DNA of 64,000 bases from Octopus sinensis (GCF_006345805.1 NC_043000.1:136214001-136278000), one strand, 5' to 3'; shown: positions 1-13,487, counted from the first letter of the stretch. The notes: generated by a model from the sequence alone, not told the origin. Numbers and translations: made by a program.

Positions 1-41
1 TTCTTTTAATTTTTCCAAAATTTGATTGTTTTCCATACTTA

Positions 42-1332
42 CGAGGGGCGTTCAATAAGTAATGCCCCTGACCCACTTCCTATAGCAGTAGAGCAACGAA
101 ACCTGGCACAGTTATTAGTCTTTGTCTACATAGGAAACACCCAGATTTACGCATTTCTCTCATCGTTTGATGCAGCTCTGGAGACCGTTTTTGTAGAAGA
201 CCCCAGCTTGGTCCTCCAACTGCAACGTGACTTCAGAAATCAAGGCTGCATCATCTGGAAAATGCTTTCCTTTCAAAAACAACTTCATGGCTGGGAAGAG
301 GTGAAAATCAGAGGGTGCAAGGTCAGGAGAGTAGGGGGGATGGGGTGGAGTTCATAGCCGCACGCTTGTGCTTCTGATCTGGCGACAAGCGAGTTGTGGA
401 CCAGAGCGTTGTCCTGCAGGAGGAGGATGCCTTTGCTGATCTTGCCCCGCCTCTTGATTTTGATAGCTTCTCTTAATTCCTCAAAAGGAAGCATAATAGG
501 CTCCTGTATTGTGGTACCCTTTGGCCAGGAAATCTGTCATTACTACTCCGTTCTGGTCCCAGAAGACTGTGAGCATGACCTTGCCAGCGGAGGACTGTAC
601 CCTTGCCTTCTTTGGAGGAGGTGAGTCACGGTGCTTCCACTGCATTGACTGGGCTTTGGTCTCTGGATCATAGTGATGGACCCAGGTTTCATCCTGTGTG
701 TATCAGTCTTTTGAAAAAATTTTGACTTATCTCTTGGCACATCTCCAAATTCATCGCTGTGCACTCGACGCGTTCTTGCTTCTGGAAAGGTGTGAGCAAC
801 CTGGGAATCCATCTTACAGACACCTTTTGCTTATCCAAATGGTCATGAATGATAGTTTCCACAGACCCGGTACTAATCTTGACCTCATAGGCTATTTCGC
901 GAATAGTTATGCGTCGATCTTCCAAAATGGCAGCCTCAACTTGACGGACAGATACCTCATCAATGGCAGAAAGGGGGCGACCAGATCTGGGAGCTGTTTC
1001 CACAGAGATCCGACCATGTTTAAATTCACGATGCCAGCGTTTTACAAGGTCATATGATGGGGCATCCTCACCATAAGTTACTTTCATTTCATCAAAAGTC
1101 TTCCGTGGTGTGCGTCCTTTCAAATACAAAAACCGGATCACTGCTCGACACTCAACAGGCTCCATTTTATACTTGACTCAGTTCAAACACCTGTAAATCA
1201 GAAACCGCAATTAGTCCAGAGCTGTAATTTGCCACTTAATCTATAGAGATATAAATAATTGCACATGCAAAATAATGCAAGTGGGTCATAATTGCAAGTG
1301 GGTCAGGAGCATTACTTATTGAACGTCCCTCG
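42..1332 (-). mobile_element. Full-length defective mariner (DD34D) DNA transposon
   Basis: 37-bp TIRs CGAGGGGCGTTCAATAAGTAATGCCCCTGACCCACTT (42-78) and its reverse complement (1296-1332) with 2 mismatches. TA on both sides (40-41, 1333-1334). 1291 bp. Confidence 0.95.
115..1165 (-). pseudogene. Mariner transposase, frameshifted and with premature stops
   Basis: N-terminal HTH MEPVECRAVIRFLYLKG...RSGRP, WIPRLL, QDETW, LLQDNA, YSPDLAPSD and C-terminal EKCVNLGVSYVDKD* are split across frames. Confidence 0.92.
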
Positions 1333-2210
1333 TACAGTTGAAAAAGTCTCAATGACTGAAACTGGTACTGAAATGTTTTTTATAAAATTATTTTAGCATT
1401 TTCTATCTTGACTTTTTTTTCCATAAATATATACAAGAAAAAAGCAACAAAAATGGATCAATATTTCGGTACAATTGTTTCGTACGAAGATCACCTTTAT
1501 TAAGGCTGCAAATATTGCAGCAAATACAAGTGACCCGTACTCATCAGCCGAAAAAACATCTGAGTTCTCAAAACATCTTAGTGGGTGAAGCTACACTCCT
1601 GAAACATCAGGGATAGTTCTATAAAAATCAGATTTAGATAATAAACGGACTTCCAAAGTTCTTTAATGTTGCACAGTCATATAACAGGCTTTAAAAAAGT
1701 ATTTTAAAAAACCTCTTAGTTTCACAGAAATTGAAAATGTAAATCCATCCATAATAATGAAGTAGGTTTGAATTCTGGAGATATGAGGAGAGATTTCATA
1801 CTCACAGACGATGTATTTATCCATAATTAATCCATAATAAAGTGGGTTTCCTGATGTATGATGGTATGCTGGTTGCATTTCTGATCATTTCTCAAAACTG
1901 CTATGTTAGAATTAGTTGAAGGAAATTTAGTGGTGCATAGAGACAATCACTCACATAGGGTATAATGGGGTAACTGAGAGGAAATGGGGTTGTAAATATC
2001 CAACTACGCAGAATAGTTTATTTCAGTGGAGACAAACTGACTGGGTCAGAATTTGTAAGAATCTAAGAGTTTTAAAAAGGAATGCTAATCTTGTTTATAA
2101 TCACCCCGCATTATCTTATGGTTAATAGCATATAGATTTCTGGTGCATCTAAGTTAAGTATCGTATTCATGTGAATTCAACAAAACTCACTTGAATCTTA
2201 ATTGCTTTTA

Positions 2211-2250
<40 letters not shown>

Positions 2251-2336
2251 AGATAATAATAAAGGGTAAAATCATAAATGATTTTTATGAAGTGGTCAGT
2301 ATGGAAATAAAACCTCACAGGTAAATTTATATAAAT

Positions 2337-2585
2337 ATTTTATAATTATTTACATAATCATAACAAGGGCTTGGCTTGCACCTCACCACACACTGAAAAA
2401 TAGTCGTCAAAAGACACTATTGCCACTATAAATTCTCCAAGAAAAACACACTACATATAACCTATATGTAGTGTGTTTTTCTTGGAGAATTTATGGTGGC
2501 AGTAGTGTCTTTTGATGACTATTTTTCAGTGTGTGTTGAGGCACAAGCCGAGCCCTTGTTATAATTATGTATATAATTATAAAAT
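2337..2585. repeat. Fold-back (inverted repeat) element
   Basis: Arms 2337-2459 and 2463-2585 (123 bp, roughly 90% complementary), 3-nt loop, microsatellites nearby. Confidence 0.9.
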
Positions 2586-2600
2586 AAATATACATATGTG

Positions 2601-2635
<35 letters not shown>

Positions 2636-3299
2636 AGAGAGAGAGAGAGGGAGAGAGAGAGAGAGATAAACAGATAGATAGATAGATAAATATATATGTA
2701 TACACACACACATATATATACTAACATTATACAAATATGCATTTCATATACATTGTATGTGTCTGTGTATATAGCACTTTATATATTCTATTTCTATTGC
2801 TTTTTTCTATTTTTGCCATTTTTATATGCTATCGTATACTCAACTATATAGTATACATTGAAATATATATGCATATACATAAGTGTGTGTGTAATTGCAC
2901 GTCTGTGTGTGCATGTGTGCAAATATGAGTATATATATGTGTGAGCATAGTCCAAATTAGTTTAAGTTATTTAAGTCAATTGAGTACCACAGAAGCATTC
3001 ATCTTTATGAAGTATATCAAAAGAACAATGTCTCAGAGTAAGTGTCTTGACTATCAATCGCTAGTGACATTATATCAACTATCTATGTTTCATTGGCAAT
3101 GCAACACCTATAAATACATTTGAGGCATAAATGCTTTTTATTTACTTTGGCTGGTATGGCTTAAAAAGCAACATGGTACACTAAATGCATTCATAGTATT
3201 TGGTGTTGTCACTTCATGCTGGTTTTAAATCGACGTTGTTTTTTGTCTCTTTTGTATTAATAAAATAAGTATCAGCAATATAATGAGTTTGATGCCATC

Positions 3300-3680
3300 A
3301 GGTACAGGTGTGGCTGTGTGGTAAGAAGCTTGCTTCCCAACCACATGGTTCTGAGTTCAGTCCTGCTACATGGCACCCTGGTTAAGTGTCTTCTGGTATA
3401 GTGTTGCGCTGACCAAAGCCTTGTGAGTGGATTTGGTAGACGGAAACTGAAAGAAGCCCATTGTGTATATATATATATATATATAATTTCCTACCCACAG
3501 CTAAACGAGAGGGGACAAACAGGACAGACAAAGATTCATCGATTATATCGACCCCAGTGCGTACTACTTATTTATCGAGAAAGGATGAAAGGCAAAGTCA
3601 CCTCATGCTTTCCGAAATCTGCCGAAACTACACCTGATTATATATACATCTATAGTTGTAGTGCACCTGAGCACTGTACA

Positions 3681-3744
<64 letters not shown>

Positions 3745-3998
3745 GTGTGTTGTGTATGTGTGTATGTATGTGTATGTATGTGTGTGTATATGTTTGTCCT
3801 CCCACTCTCTCTTGACAACCGATGTTGGTGTGTCTATGTCCCTGTAACTTAGCAGTTTGGCAAAAGAGCCTGATAAAACAAGTACTAGGCTAGGCTTACA
3901 GAGAATAAGTCCTGGAGATGATTTGTTCAACTAAATGCAGTGCTCCAGCATGGCTGCAGTCAAATGACTGAAACAAGTAAAAAAGAAAAAGAAATAAA
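3300..3998 (+). mobile_element. tRNA-derived SINE family A, interrupted
   Basis: Head GTGGCTGTGTGGTAAG..GGTTC..AGTCC and tail CAGTCAAATGACTGAAACAAGTAAAA shared with about 10 copies in the window. The internal TA tract carries a SINE B fragment and (ATT)n. Confidence 0.85.
3490..3610 (-). mobile_element. SINE family B fragment nested in SINE A
   Basis: Matches the reverse complement of the GACTTTGCCTTTCATCCTTTC...GGGGTCGATATAATCGA core seen at 18488 and 62347. Confidence 0.7.
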
Positions 3999-4280
3999 AT
4001 GCATCCTTATAAATTTCTGGTTATCAGCCATAGCTACACTCCTTATTACCACCATGACATTATAGTGAACAGATCCTTCATTTTTTGGGTTCAATTTTAC
4101 AACGTTTTGTGAAATAAATTTGTTTTGTTACGGTTAGGCTTTCTTTTGAGGTTTGAAGTAGTATTATCTATTAGAACTTGAGGATAACAAGTGGGATATG
4201 CCTCTAATCTGAATTTAATCATACAACGAGTAAGAGAAGGCTTAAAGTTTTGTGTGTGAAAATAATGTTTAATCATAATT

Positions 4281-4680
4281 TTGCTATTCTCTTCCACACA
4301 CTCACACACATACACACATACACACACACATATACATACATGCACACACACTCACACGCACACACAAATACATACATGCACACACACTCACACACACAAA
4401 TACATACATGCACACACACTCGCTCACACACACACAAATACATACGTGCACACACACACACACACAAATACATACATGCACACACACACAAATACATACA
4501 TGCACACACACACACAAATACATACATGCACACACACTCACATACACACACACAAATACATACATGCACACACACTCTCACACACACACACAAATACACA
4601 CATGCACAAACACAAATACACACATGCACACACATGCACAAACACAAATACACATATGCACATACACACACAAACATAAA
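4281..4680. repeat. CA-rich minisatellite, unit about CACACACAAATACATACATG
   Basis: Tandem degenerate 20-26 bp units; these produce the spurious His/Thr and Cys/Val ORFs. Confidence 0.85.
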
Positions 4681-4763
4681 AGGGCATGCCAATATACACA
4701 AATATCCACTTTCATTGACTAATATACTTAAACAGAAGTGACAAAATAATTGGTGAAGCCTGT

Positions 4764-4807
<44 letters not shown>

Positions 4808-4808
<1 letters not shown>

Positions 4809-5128
4809 AAAAAGGTAAAGAGCCCCTTTGGTCATGAATGACCATAGGATAGCACCTAGAAAGCTCCCCTCCAAGGCACAAGTCCAGGCAAAGTTGTTTA
4901 TGGAAGACCAACAGTCACCCATGCATACCGGCCTCCCTTCTCCACACCACTGATGTTATCCAAGGGAAAGGGAAAGGCTGATACAGCTTGGCACCAGTGA
5001 CGTCGCAATTCATTTCTACAGCTGAGTGAACTGGGGCAATGGGAAATAAAGTGTCTTGCTTAAGATTCCTGGTCTGGGGATCAAACTCACTAGCTTATGA
5101 CTGTGAGCCCAACACTTTAACCATTGAG

Positions 5129-5130
<2 letters not shown>
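4808..5130 (-). mobile_element. tRNA-derived SINE family C
   Basis: Minus-strand head TGGCTCAATGGTTAAAGTGTTGGGCTC...GTTTGATCCC (A/B-box-like), then GCAAGACACTT..CCCCAGTTCACTCAGCTGTA core. Confidence 0.65.
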
Positions 5131-5169
<39 letters not shown>

Positions 5170-5258
5170 GGTATCTGTGTATGCTAATATATGCATGCAT
5201 ATGTGTGTACATGTATATATGTATATCTATCTATCTATCTATATATATATATCTAAAC

Positions 5259-5319
<61 letters not shown>

Positions 5320-5427
5320 TAAGTTTATATATATATATATATATATATATAATAATAAATATTAGGGAATAAATCCAAATTTACAGGGAAAAATCAGATT
5401 TAGGATTGAATCCAATTTTATAGTAAA

Positions 5428-5719
5428 ATATTATATTATATTAATTAGAGACAAAACCACTATTATGAAAATCAAACAAAGAAAGACTTAAGCCAATACA
5501 TAAAAAAATTTATATAAATTAAATATAATTAAAATAACCACTACTATCGTTTCGTGTCAGCACTTTTATGAGACATTCTTCAGGTGGTTTCAAAACCTTC
5601 TTTGCAAGTTTTAAACTGGTTATTTTAATTATATTTAATTATATAAAAATTTTTATGTATTAGCTTAAGTCTTTCTTTGTTTGATTTGCATAATAGTGGT
5701 TTTGTCTCTAATTAATATA

Positions 5720-5728
<9 letters not shown>
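5428..5728. repeat. Fold-back element with a hammerhead in its loop
   Basis: Arms 5428-5540 and 5617-5728 (about 112 bp), close to (TA)n tracts on both sides. Confidence 0.9.
5536..5589 (-). ncRNA. Type I hammerhead ribozyme motif
   Basis: Minus strand: AACCAC CUGAAGA A UGUC...GACA C GAAAC GAUA GUA / GUGGUU. 6-bp stem I, stem II with an A-C mismatch plus 4 bp, GUA cleavage triplet. Confidence 0.75.
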
Positions 5729-5789
<61 letters not shown>

Positions 5790-5792
5790 CAT

Positions 5793-5835
<43 letters not shown>

Positions 5836-5837
<2 letters not shown>

Positions 5838-6082
5838 TGGAGTAAGCACATACATGGGAAACAAGGTGGAAAAAAAGAGTACTCAAATACCAGAGGTAGA
5901 GTAATATATTTTATTTAAAAGCAGCAGAAATATAACAAAAGCTGTAACTCAGAGTCTCACATTCCAGTTCATCGGACAGTTTTGTTAAAATAGAACAGAA
6001 ATAACTGTCTGACAAATGGGAATGTGAAATGGGAATGTGAGTAACAACTTTTGTTATATTTCTGCTGCTTTTAAATAAAGTA
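5836..6082 (-). mobile_element. Hammerhead fold-back family E, degenerate copy
   Basis: Inverted arms TTTATTTAAAAGCAGCAGAAATATAACAAAAG and a flank homologous to 28251-28325 in reverse orientation. Core decayed (CCGAUGA...GAGAC). Confidence 0.75.
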
Positions 6083-6143
6083 TATATATATATATATATA
6101 TATACATACATATATATATATAAGAGAACAAGTGTACATATGC

Positions 6144-6196
<53 letters not shown>

Positions 6197-6241
6197 CAAA
6201 ATGGGACAAGAATGCAAAACATCCAGAAGACGATACAAAAA

Positions 6242-6387
6242 ACACGGACGGGTCATTTGAAGCCTTTAATCTTCAGTCAAGAATCGGATTGGCCAGATTG
6301 GAGCAATCTCAAGATTAATCAGCTGAAATTGCGAGGATGATCCAGTTCTTGACTGAAGGTTAAAGGCTTCGAAATACCTGTCCGTGT
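6242..6387. repeat. Fold-back element, about 42-bp arms
   Basis: 6242-6283 pairs with 6346-6387. The spacer and right arm resemble 48500-48582. Confidence 0.8.
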
Positions 6388-7211
6388 ATGTATGCATAAT
6401 GTGTGTAATTCCTAATAAAGTGGTAAGTAAGTATCACCATCATGCTGGTGGTGTCCTTCATTTCCACTCTGCAGTAAAAACATGTCTGGACTTGGGTAAA
6501 ATATTACTTTACGTGGAAACAGGAAGGTCTCCTAATTTTATGAAAAAGTTCACTTCATCCAATTCTTTTTGACCCCTGCGTATATGGAAAAGTGGATGTT
6601 GAAACAATGATGAGGAGGATAATCATAGCTGCCAGAAAAGTCTAATTCATGCAAATCAGATTTGAATCTCCAGTTCCATAACTTCCATAATAATAGTAAA
6701 TGTACTTTTATTCTCTGGACAGAAGTGAGATAGGTACACATTCCTTGATAATCTGTTCTAAATAACACTAAAACTGTCCAATCTGGGTGACTCCTTTGTG
6801 TCTATCAAGCAATTGTATAGATATATGTTTACATTTTTCACTGCTCAATTAGATATGCAGCATTGACTAAAATTTGCAGAATTGCCATAGATAGGGTGTA
6901 TACATTAATATTGCCCTAAGTACATGGCTCCCAACATCAATAATTAATATGCATACATACACTCATATATACAAACATAAGTGTGAATGTGATTGTGTGT
7001 GTGCATGTGTGTGTGTGTGTGTGCATGCATATACATATATGTGTAATATATTTCTTATCATTATGCATATATGCACATAATTATGAGTGTGTGTATATAC
7101 ATCTATATGATTGTATGAGTGCGTAGACAAAGAGTGGAGCGGGCGAGAAAAAGTGACATATACACTCATACACACATTGATTCAATAACAAATGCTCACA
7201 CAACTACACAA

Positions 7212-7253
<42 letters not shown>

Positions 7254-9356
7254 GTGCACATACACATACATACATTCATACTTATGGATGCATTTACGTG
7301 TTTCTAACAAACCTATTTCAGCTAATATTGATATGATTTTTTTTTTTACATCTTCATAAATACATATATTTAATATTATATAAAGGCTTTTAGATACGAA
7401 AAAGTCACATGTAAAACATAAATGAATGACCAAAAGACATGATTATATCACAAATACATAGGAACATATTGATAACAATATATTATTTTATAAAATTGCA
7501 TCCACATTCACATATCACATGTACACATATGAACATACAGATATTTATACATACACATGTACATACACATACATAATACATATATATATATATAAATATA
7601 CAGATATTTCACATATGCACACACATACATATGTACATGAACACACAAGCACACACCCACCCACGCATACATACTGACACAGATATACATATATACATAC
7701 ATACACAAATGTAGTGATGAAAGAAATGGGGGAGATAGAGAGTGGGAGAGAGGAAGAAAGAGAAAGCTAGTGAAAGAGAGAGGGAATGAGAGAGGGAGAA
7801 GGAAAGAGAGAGAGAGAGAGAAAAGGAGAGAGAAAGGACTAAGAATGACAAAGTGCACAGACAGAGGCATACATTGTAGAACAGATAGACATAAATTATC
7901 TGACATTAAAAGAAAAAAATTATTGCAAGCAAAAATTCTTTCTAGAGACTCTTCAAAGTCTTTTGCCTAACTTTCTCTTGAATTCTTCTGATACATTCCC
8001 ATCTAAAATGCAACAAATTAAATCGGTAGAAGGGTGAGGAAGAAGCTGGTGTAGAAGAGAACTGTGGCTTTCAGATGAAGAAGACAAATCACTTTGATAT
8101 TGCAATCAATAGAGACTGCAATTCTGATATCAGTGCTGTAGTCTTATGGGAAATCTAATGGTATTCATGGGACAGAATCTATTTTACACTTTGCAATGTT
8201 AACTGGCAGTGTGTCAAGACCATTCAGGAGGGACTGCCATTCAATATTGATAGTTTGCAAGTCTTTTCTATAGGTTTTTCTCTCAGTTGTGAAAGTCAAT
8301 CTGGGAGATTTATAGAATTAGAATAGAAGAAAATGAAGTAAAAGAAGATTCTAGTGCATATTGCTACTCTGAATTCTAAAGCAATGGTTAAAATAGGATA
8401 ATAAAAAAAAAGTAATAAAGAAATACAGAAAAATAAATGTAGAAATAAGAGTAATACATAAATAAAAATATGTATAAAATTGTCAATAATACAAACAATT
8501 AGATAAAAATGTATTACATAAATAATTAAAATAAACATATAAAGACTAATAAATAAAATAAATTGATAAACTATACAAAATTGAATAAATAAATAGCATA
8601 TATGAATAAAATCATTCTTTAAATAAATTAAAATAATGATTCTAGAAAAAAATAGAATGTTTAAAAGAAGGTACTTGAAATAAAAATCAAAACTTAAAAT
8701 TTAAATAAAAATGAAAAAAAAACGTGAATTAAAAATTGAAATTAAAGTATATAATTTGGAAATGTAAATTAAACCAATGGAATATATAATTAAATAATTA
8801 CAAAATATATGAAATAAGAGACACATCATTAATACAGTAATTAAATGTGTTCATGATATAAGAGGTCTAAACTTAAAACAACAACTTTTTGAAAAATAAG
8901 TGGTAGTTTACTGTAGTTGAAATTTGAGGTTTAAAATATGCTGGTAGTGGTTTTATTGGTCCTATAGTAACATAAATTAATATTGATTTTGGTCAGCAAA
9001 CTCTGAGTATTGATTAATGAGACTAAATCTTGAGAGTGTTTACTATATCTCTATATTGTTTTGGGCATTGGAAAAATATGACAAACATTCTGCAGAAGTA
9101 ATTCATCTGTATAACCATTGTTACTAATGTTATTGAGCTTCAAATCAGGGCCATATTCCAGTTAAATGCTACTGCCTTAAAAAACCCAAAGGATATATTT
9201 GATAACGTATATCTAGATATACACTTACTGGCAAAAAACAGCTGGTATTGTCATGGCTAAAATGTCTAGGTCTACTTAATCTGGACTGACTTGGAGTTAA
9301 ATGATAGTCACAATCTCTATCACTACCAAGTGCAACTTCTCAGCTTGATAACAACC

Positions 9357-9671
9357 TAGCCACAATAATTTGCTTGTTCCTTCTCGAGCCATACCTGGCT
9401 CATTAGGGCCGGTTTCTCAGTTTCCTTGGCATATAGGTTCCCCACCTGGACGGGACGCCGTTCTGTCGTAGATGAGCTGCAAAATGCAGGAGGAAAGAGT
9501 GAGAGAAAGTTGTGGCGAAAGAGTCGGCAGAAGTTTGCCATTACTTTCTACTGGAGCTGCATGGAGCTTAGGTGTTTCGCTCATAAACACACACATCGCC
9601 CGGTATGAGATTCGAACCCACGATCCCTCAACCGTGAATCCACTGCTCTAACCACTTGGCCATGTGCCTCC
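9357..9671 (-). mobile_element. tRNA-derived SINE family D
   Basis: Minus-strand head GGAGGCACATGGCCAAGTGGTTAGAGCAGTGG...GGGTTCGAATCTC with clear A and B boxes, followed by a non-tRNA body. Confidence 0.75.
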
Positions 9672-9757
9672 GCGACCACAATAGTTGTTTCTGATTGAAG
9701 CACAAGGCCAGTAATTTTACAGTTGTCGGCTATTCAATTATATTGATTCCAATACCG

Positions 9758-10305
9758 GCCGGAATGTGGAGTGTTGTTATATTGGAAAAGGTTCTCATTG
9801 AAGATGAAAAGAAGGGTCTATAGGAGTTGCTTGAGAGCTGCAATGCTGTATGGGAGTGAGACATCATGTCTGAGAGGGAGAGAGATGGCAGCTTTGAGAA
9901 GGACTGAGGGAGCACTGGTTAGAGAAATGTGTGGGATGAAACTGTTTGATAAGAAGAGGACTGAGGACTTGATGGGGATGCTGGAGTTGGAGGAATCAGT
10001 GGAATGGCTGGCAAGGGCGAATGGAGTGCAGTGGTATGGGCATGTGTTGAGCGGGATGAGGTGCATGTTCTGAGGACGGTGTTTGAGTTTGAGGACCACA
10101 AAAGTGAAGTAGACTGAGGAAAATGTGAAGGGGACAGGTGGCGGAGAAGATTGGGAGGGTTGGCTTGAGAAGGGAGAATGCCAAAAACCGGGCAAGATGG
10201 TGAGATGGTGTGAGGGCGGTTGCTTTGGCATTGAGGTAGATCCAGCCACACCCGTTAACAGGGACAAAATCTGGATTTAAAACATGGGATGCTGATGATG
10301 ATGAG
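9758..10305 (+). mobile_element. RTE-clade LINE, 5'-truncated 3' end
   Basis: ORF 9771-10073 KRRVYRSCLRAAMLYGSET...RANGVQWYGHVL is the typical RTE RT C-terminus; (GAT)n tail. Confidence 0.85.
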
Positions 10306-10309
10306 AAGA

Positions 10310-10680
10310 ATGAAAGGTGATGTTGATCCTGGCAGATTTGAACTCAGAATGTAGAGATCAAGTGCAATTACAACAAAGTGTTTTGTCCAATGCTTTAATG
10401 ATTCTGCCAGGTCCCTACTTTGACTACAACTAAAATAATCCTTTAGACACAATGCCTGAAATTTGTGGGGAAGGGGCCAGTCAATTTCATTGGCTCCAGT
10501 GTTTCATTGGTACTTAATTTATCAACCCTGAAAGGATAAAAGGCACAGTCGACCTTGGCAGAATTTGAACTCAGAATGTGAAGACAGGATGAAATATTGC
10601 AAAGCTTTTTGCCTGATGTGCTAACAATTCTGCCAGTTTGTCGCATTACACTACAACTAAAATAATGACTGCCAGCACCT
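10310..10680 (-). mobile_element. Two adjacent SINE B copies
   Basis: Two GAATTTGAACTCAGAATGT...ATTCTGCCAG segments (10310-10440, 10460-10680). Confidence 0.7.
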
Positions 10681-11194
10681 AAACTGTCAATCACAAGAGA
10701 GCTTCCATGTAGTCATTTGATCTTCTGGAAATAAGAGCTAAATTTTTTAGAACCACATTTTACTGACTTATAAAAGCAAAAGTACATTGAATAATGTAGT
10801 CCAGCATATAGTTTGGAGATAAGATGGGATAGTCATGGTTGGAATACTTTGATTATAGGTTCTCTTAATTGCAGTCAGTCTGGAGTTAGTTAAACAACAA
10901 AAACAATATAATGAGTGAATTAACACTGACCCCTACCTTCGCTGCAACAACAACACTTACCACAACATTGGTTATTACTATAACGCCAAAAACAGTGATT
11001 TCAGCCATAATGTCAAGGATAATATTATTACTGTTCTTGCTGTTTAGCCCAAGATCGATCCTAAATCAAATGCATTTCCCACAATTAAATGCAACTCAGC
11101 TGTGACAATCTCATCATTTTGATATCTATCGCTACACTATCTAATACATTTTACAATTTTCTAAGGTGGTAGGGTAGTTTCGATTAGGGAGCAA

Positions 11195-11465
11195 ATATTT
11201 AAGAAAAAGTGGAAGTGGATTGGTAGCACAATTAGAAAAGACACCAAATGTAGTGAAAAGTGCTTTACATTGGAAACCGGATGGATATAGAAGGAGAGGT
11301 AGGCCTAAGAACTCGTGGCAGAGCTCAACACAAAAGGAACTAGAGAAAGGGGGACATTCATGTCAGAGTATAAGTACAGAAGTCAAAAATTATGTGACAT
11401 GGAATTCAACTATAAGTGGCCTATAGACTGTGTTGGAGGGTTAAAGGCATAAAGAAGAAAGAAGG
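11195..11465 (+). mobile_element. RTE-type LINE 3' fragment
   Basis: KSALHWKPDGYRRRGRPKNSW motif typical of RTE C-termini; (AAG)-rich tail. Confidence 0.75.
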
Positions 11466-12305
11466 TAGGGTAAAATTTGAGAAGATTTGGCTGTTATTTC
11501 TAGCAGATCAAAGACCTGCAAAGAGTCTTTTTCATAGGATGCGATAATAAGTGAGGCTGAGCTTGATGGTGACAAACATTACAATAAGCATTGTTATGAT
11601 GCTGTTGTTGATTTGATTGGCTCTATCTCTTATACCAGAAAACTGGCCTTGTGCCAAATAATAAATAAATATAAATCATTATTAATACCATCACTATTAT
11701 CCTTACATTGTTCATACTGTTAGTCTTTCCATTAATAAAAGTCTCATTATAAAAGTAACTACATATACAGAGGAAGTAAGAAAAGCAAAAACAGTATCAA
11801 CAACAATACTGGTTTAGCAACTTTCTCTCTCTCTCTCTCTCTCTTTCATTCACTCTTAGAGTGCATGCGTGTATGTCTGTCTGCCTGTCTGTGTCTCTCT
11901 CTCTGTGTTTCTAATTTAGTTATCACTTTTGCTGTTGCTAATTCACTTATTACATGTACCATTGCTAATTTAGTTAGTACTATATTGTAAGTTGATTAAG
12001 TCACTGCTTCTGATTACTGGTTTTGTGTACATTTTTTTTTACAATCATTTTGCTGTGCCACTTTCTCTACTGTAATGTTCCCTAGAATTTTTCTGTAATT
12101 TACAATATAATTATATGTGTTATTGGTCGTCCATCTGTATGCTAATATATATTTCTTTCTCATTAACTCATAAGGTGCAATATATTTTATTAATCTGACT
12201 CAAGAGGACAGCATTCAGATCTTCTTTAACACTCATCACCTTATATAACTTAGAAATAGGGATAACCAGGAACTGATAATACAAATATATTTTCATTTTA
12301 GAGTA

Positions 12306-12470
12306 GGCACAGGAGCGGCTGTGTGGTAAGTAGCTTGCTTACCAACCACATGGTTCTGGGTTTAGTCCCACTGTGTGGCACCATGGGCAAGTGTCTTCTA
12401 TTATAGCCTTGGACCGACCAAAGCCTTGTGAGTGGATTTGGTAGATGGAAACTGAAAGAAGCCCATAATA

Positions 12471-12525
<55 letters not shown>

Positions 12526-12741
12526 ATATGTTTGTGTCTGTTTGTCCCCCCAACATCACTTGACAACCGATGATGGTGTGTTTATGTAACCTAGTGGTTC
12601 GGCAAAAAGAGACTGATAGAATAAGTACTAGGCTTACAAAGAATAAGTCCTGGTGTCGATTTGCTCGACTAAAGGTGATGCTCCAGCATGGCCACAGTCA
12701 AATGAATGAAACAAGTAAAAGAGCAAAAGAGTAAAAGAGTA
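12306..12741 (+). mobile_element. SINE family A
   Basis: Complete head, internal (TA)n(TG)n and (GTAAAAGA)n tail. Confidence 0.9.
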
Positions 12742-12835
12742 CTACAAGTTTTAGTGAATCAAGAGAAATTAAATCTGAGATAGAGTTCCAGAAGACAGCA
12801 TCTCCAGGAGGATTGCAGAAGAGTTTAATAAAATC

Positions 12836-13133
12836 TAGCAGTATTGCCCGGCGTTGCTCGGGTTTGTAAGGGAAATAACTATATAAGCATTTTTAGAGAG
12901 TTACTTCCCTTATATAATAGCAAAAAAATGCATTAAAAATGGGAAGAAATGCTGGTAAATTTTTTTTTAAATCATAGACTCATCGTAGACGCGCACTAAT
13001 ACCCAGAAGGGCTCGATATAAATCACAACTATAAGATACCCGTTTTTGGTTAAACTGCACCGCAAAATGTGGGAGTAGTTAGGAATCTAAATCATAGGAG
13101 ACAGACACACAACTTCACTTTTATATATAAAGA
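12836..13133 (-). mobile_element. Non-autonomous Helitron
   Basis: Minus strand begins A|TCTTTATATATAAAAG and ends with hairpin CCCGAGCAACGCCGGG then TGCTAG. Same ends as 40749-41130 and 45298-46252. Confidence 0.85.
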
Positions 13134-13454
13134 TATACAGCATTATGAAAGGAAAGTAATGATGGTTGGTATTAGAATATAATGAGTACAAACAGCTTAA
13201 ACTGTGTTAAACCAAGTTATTCTTATTTTGAATTGTATAACTAAATGTCTTTATAAGTGATGCAGTACAGGAAAATTCAAACATGTCATCCCCAATAGTT
13301 TTCAAGTTCTTGCAAGCTGATCAAAATATTCATATCCATGCTTGTTCATATTTAGTTGTTCAGAATTAATTGAAAATTCATACATAATATATATATATAT
13401 ACATATATACATATATACATATATACATATATATATATATACATATATACATAT

Positions 13455-13487
<33 letters not shown>

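Noticed and set aside
22-624. Plus-strand ORFs 22-357, 394-624 and 698-1057
   Set aside because: Antisense shadows of the mariner transposase.
6346-6387. Functional hammerhead in this fold-back and at 48563-48582
   Set aside because: CUGAAGG/CUGAGGA and GAAA are present, but stems I and II do not pair convincingly; at most a relic.
8330-8830. Mitochondrial insertion or control region
   Set aside because: Extremely AT-rich, but no tRNA, rRNA or coding signature was recognisable.
9590-9671. tRNA gene
   Set aside because: A and B boxes are present, but I cannot close an acceptor stem and it runs into a SINE body. The same applies to the family A, B and C heads.
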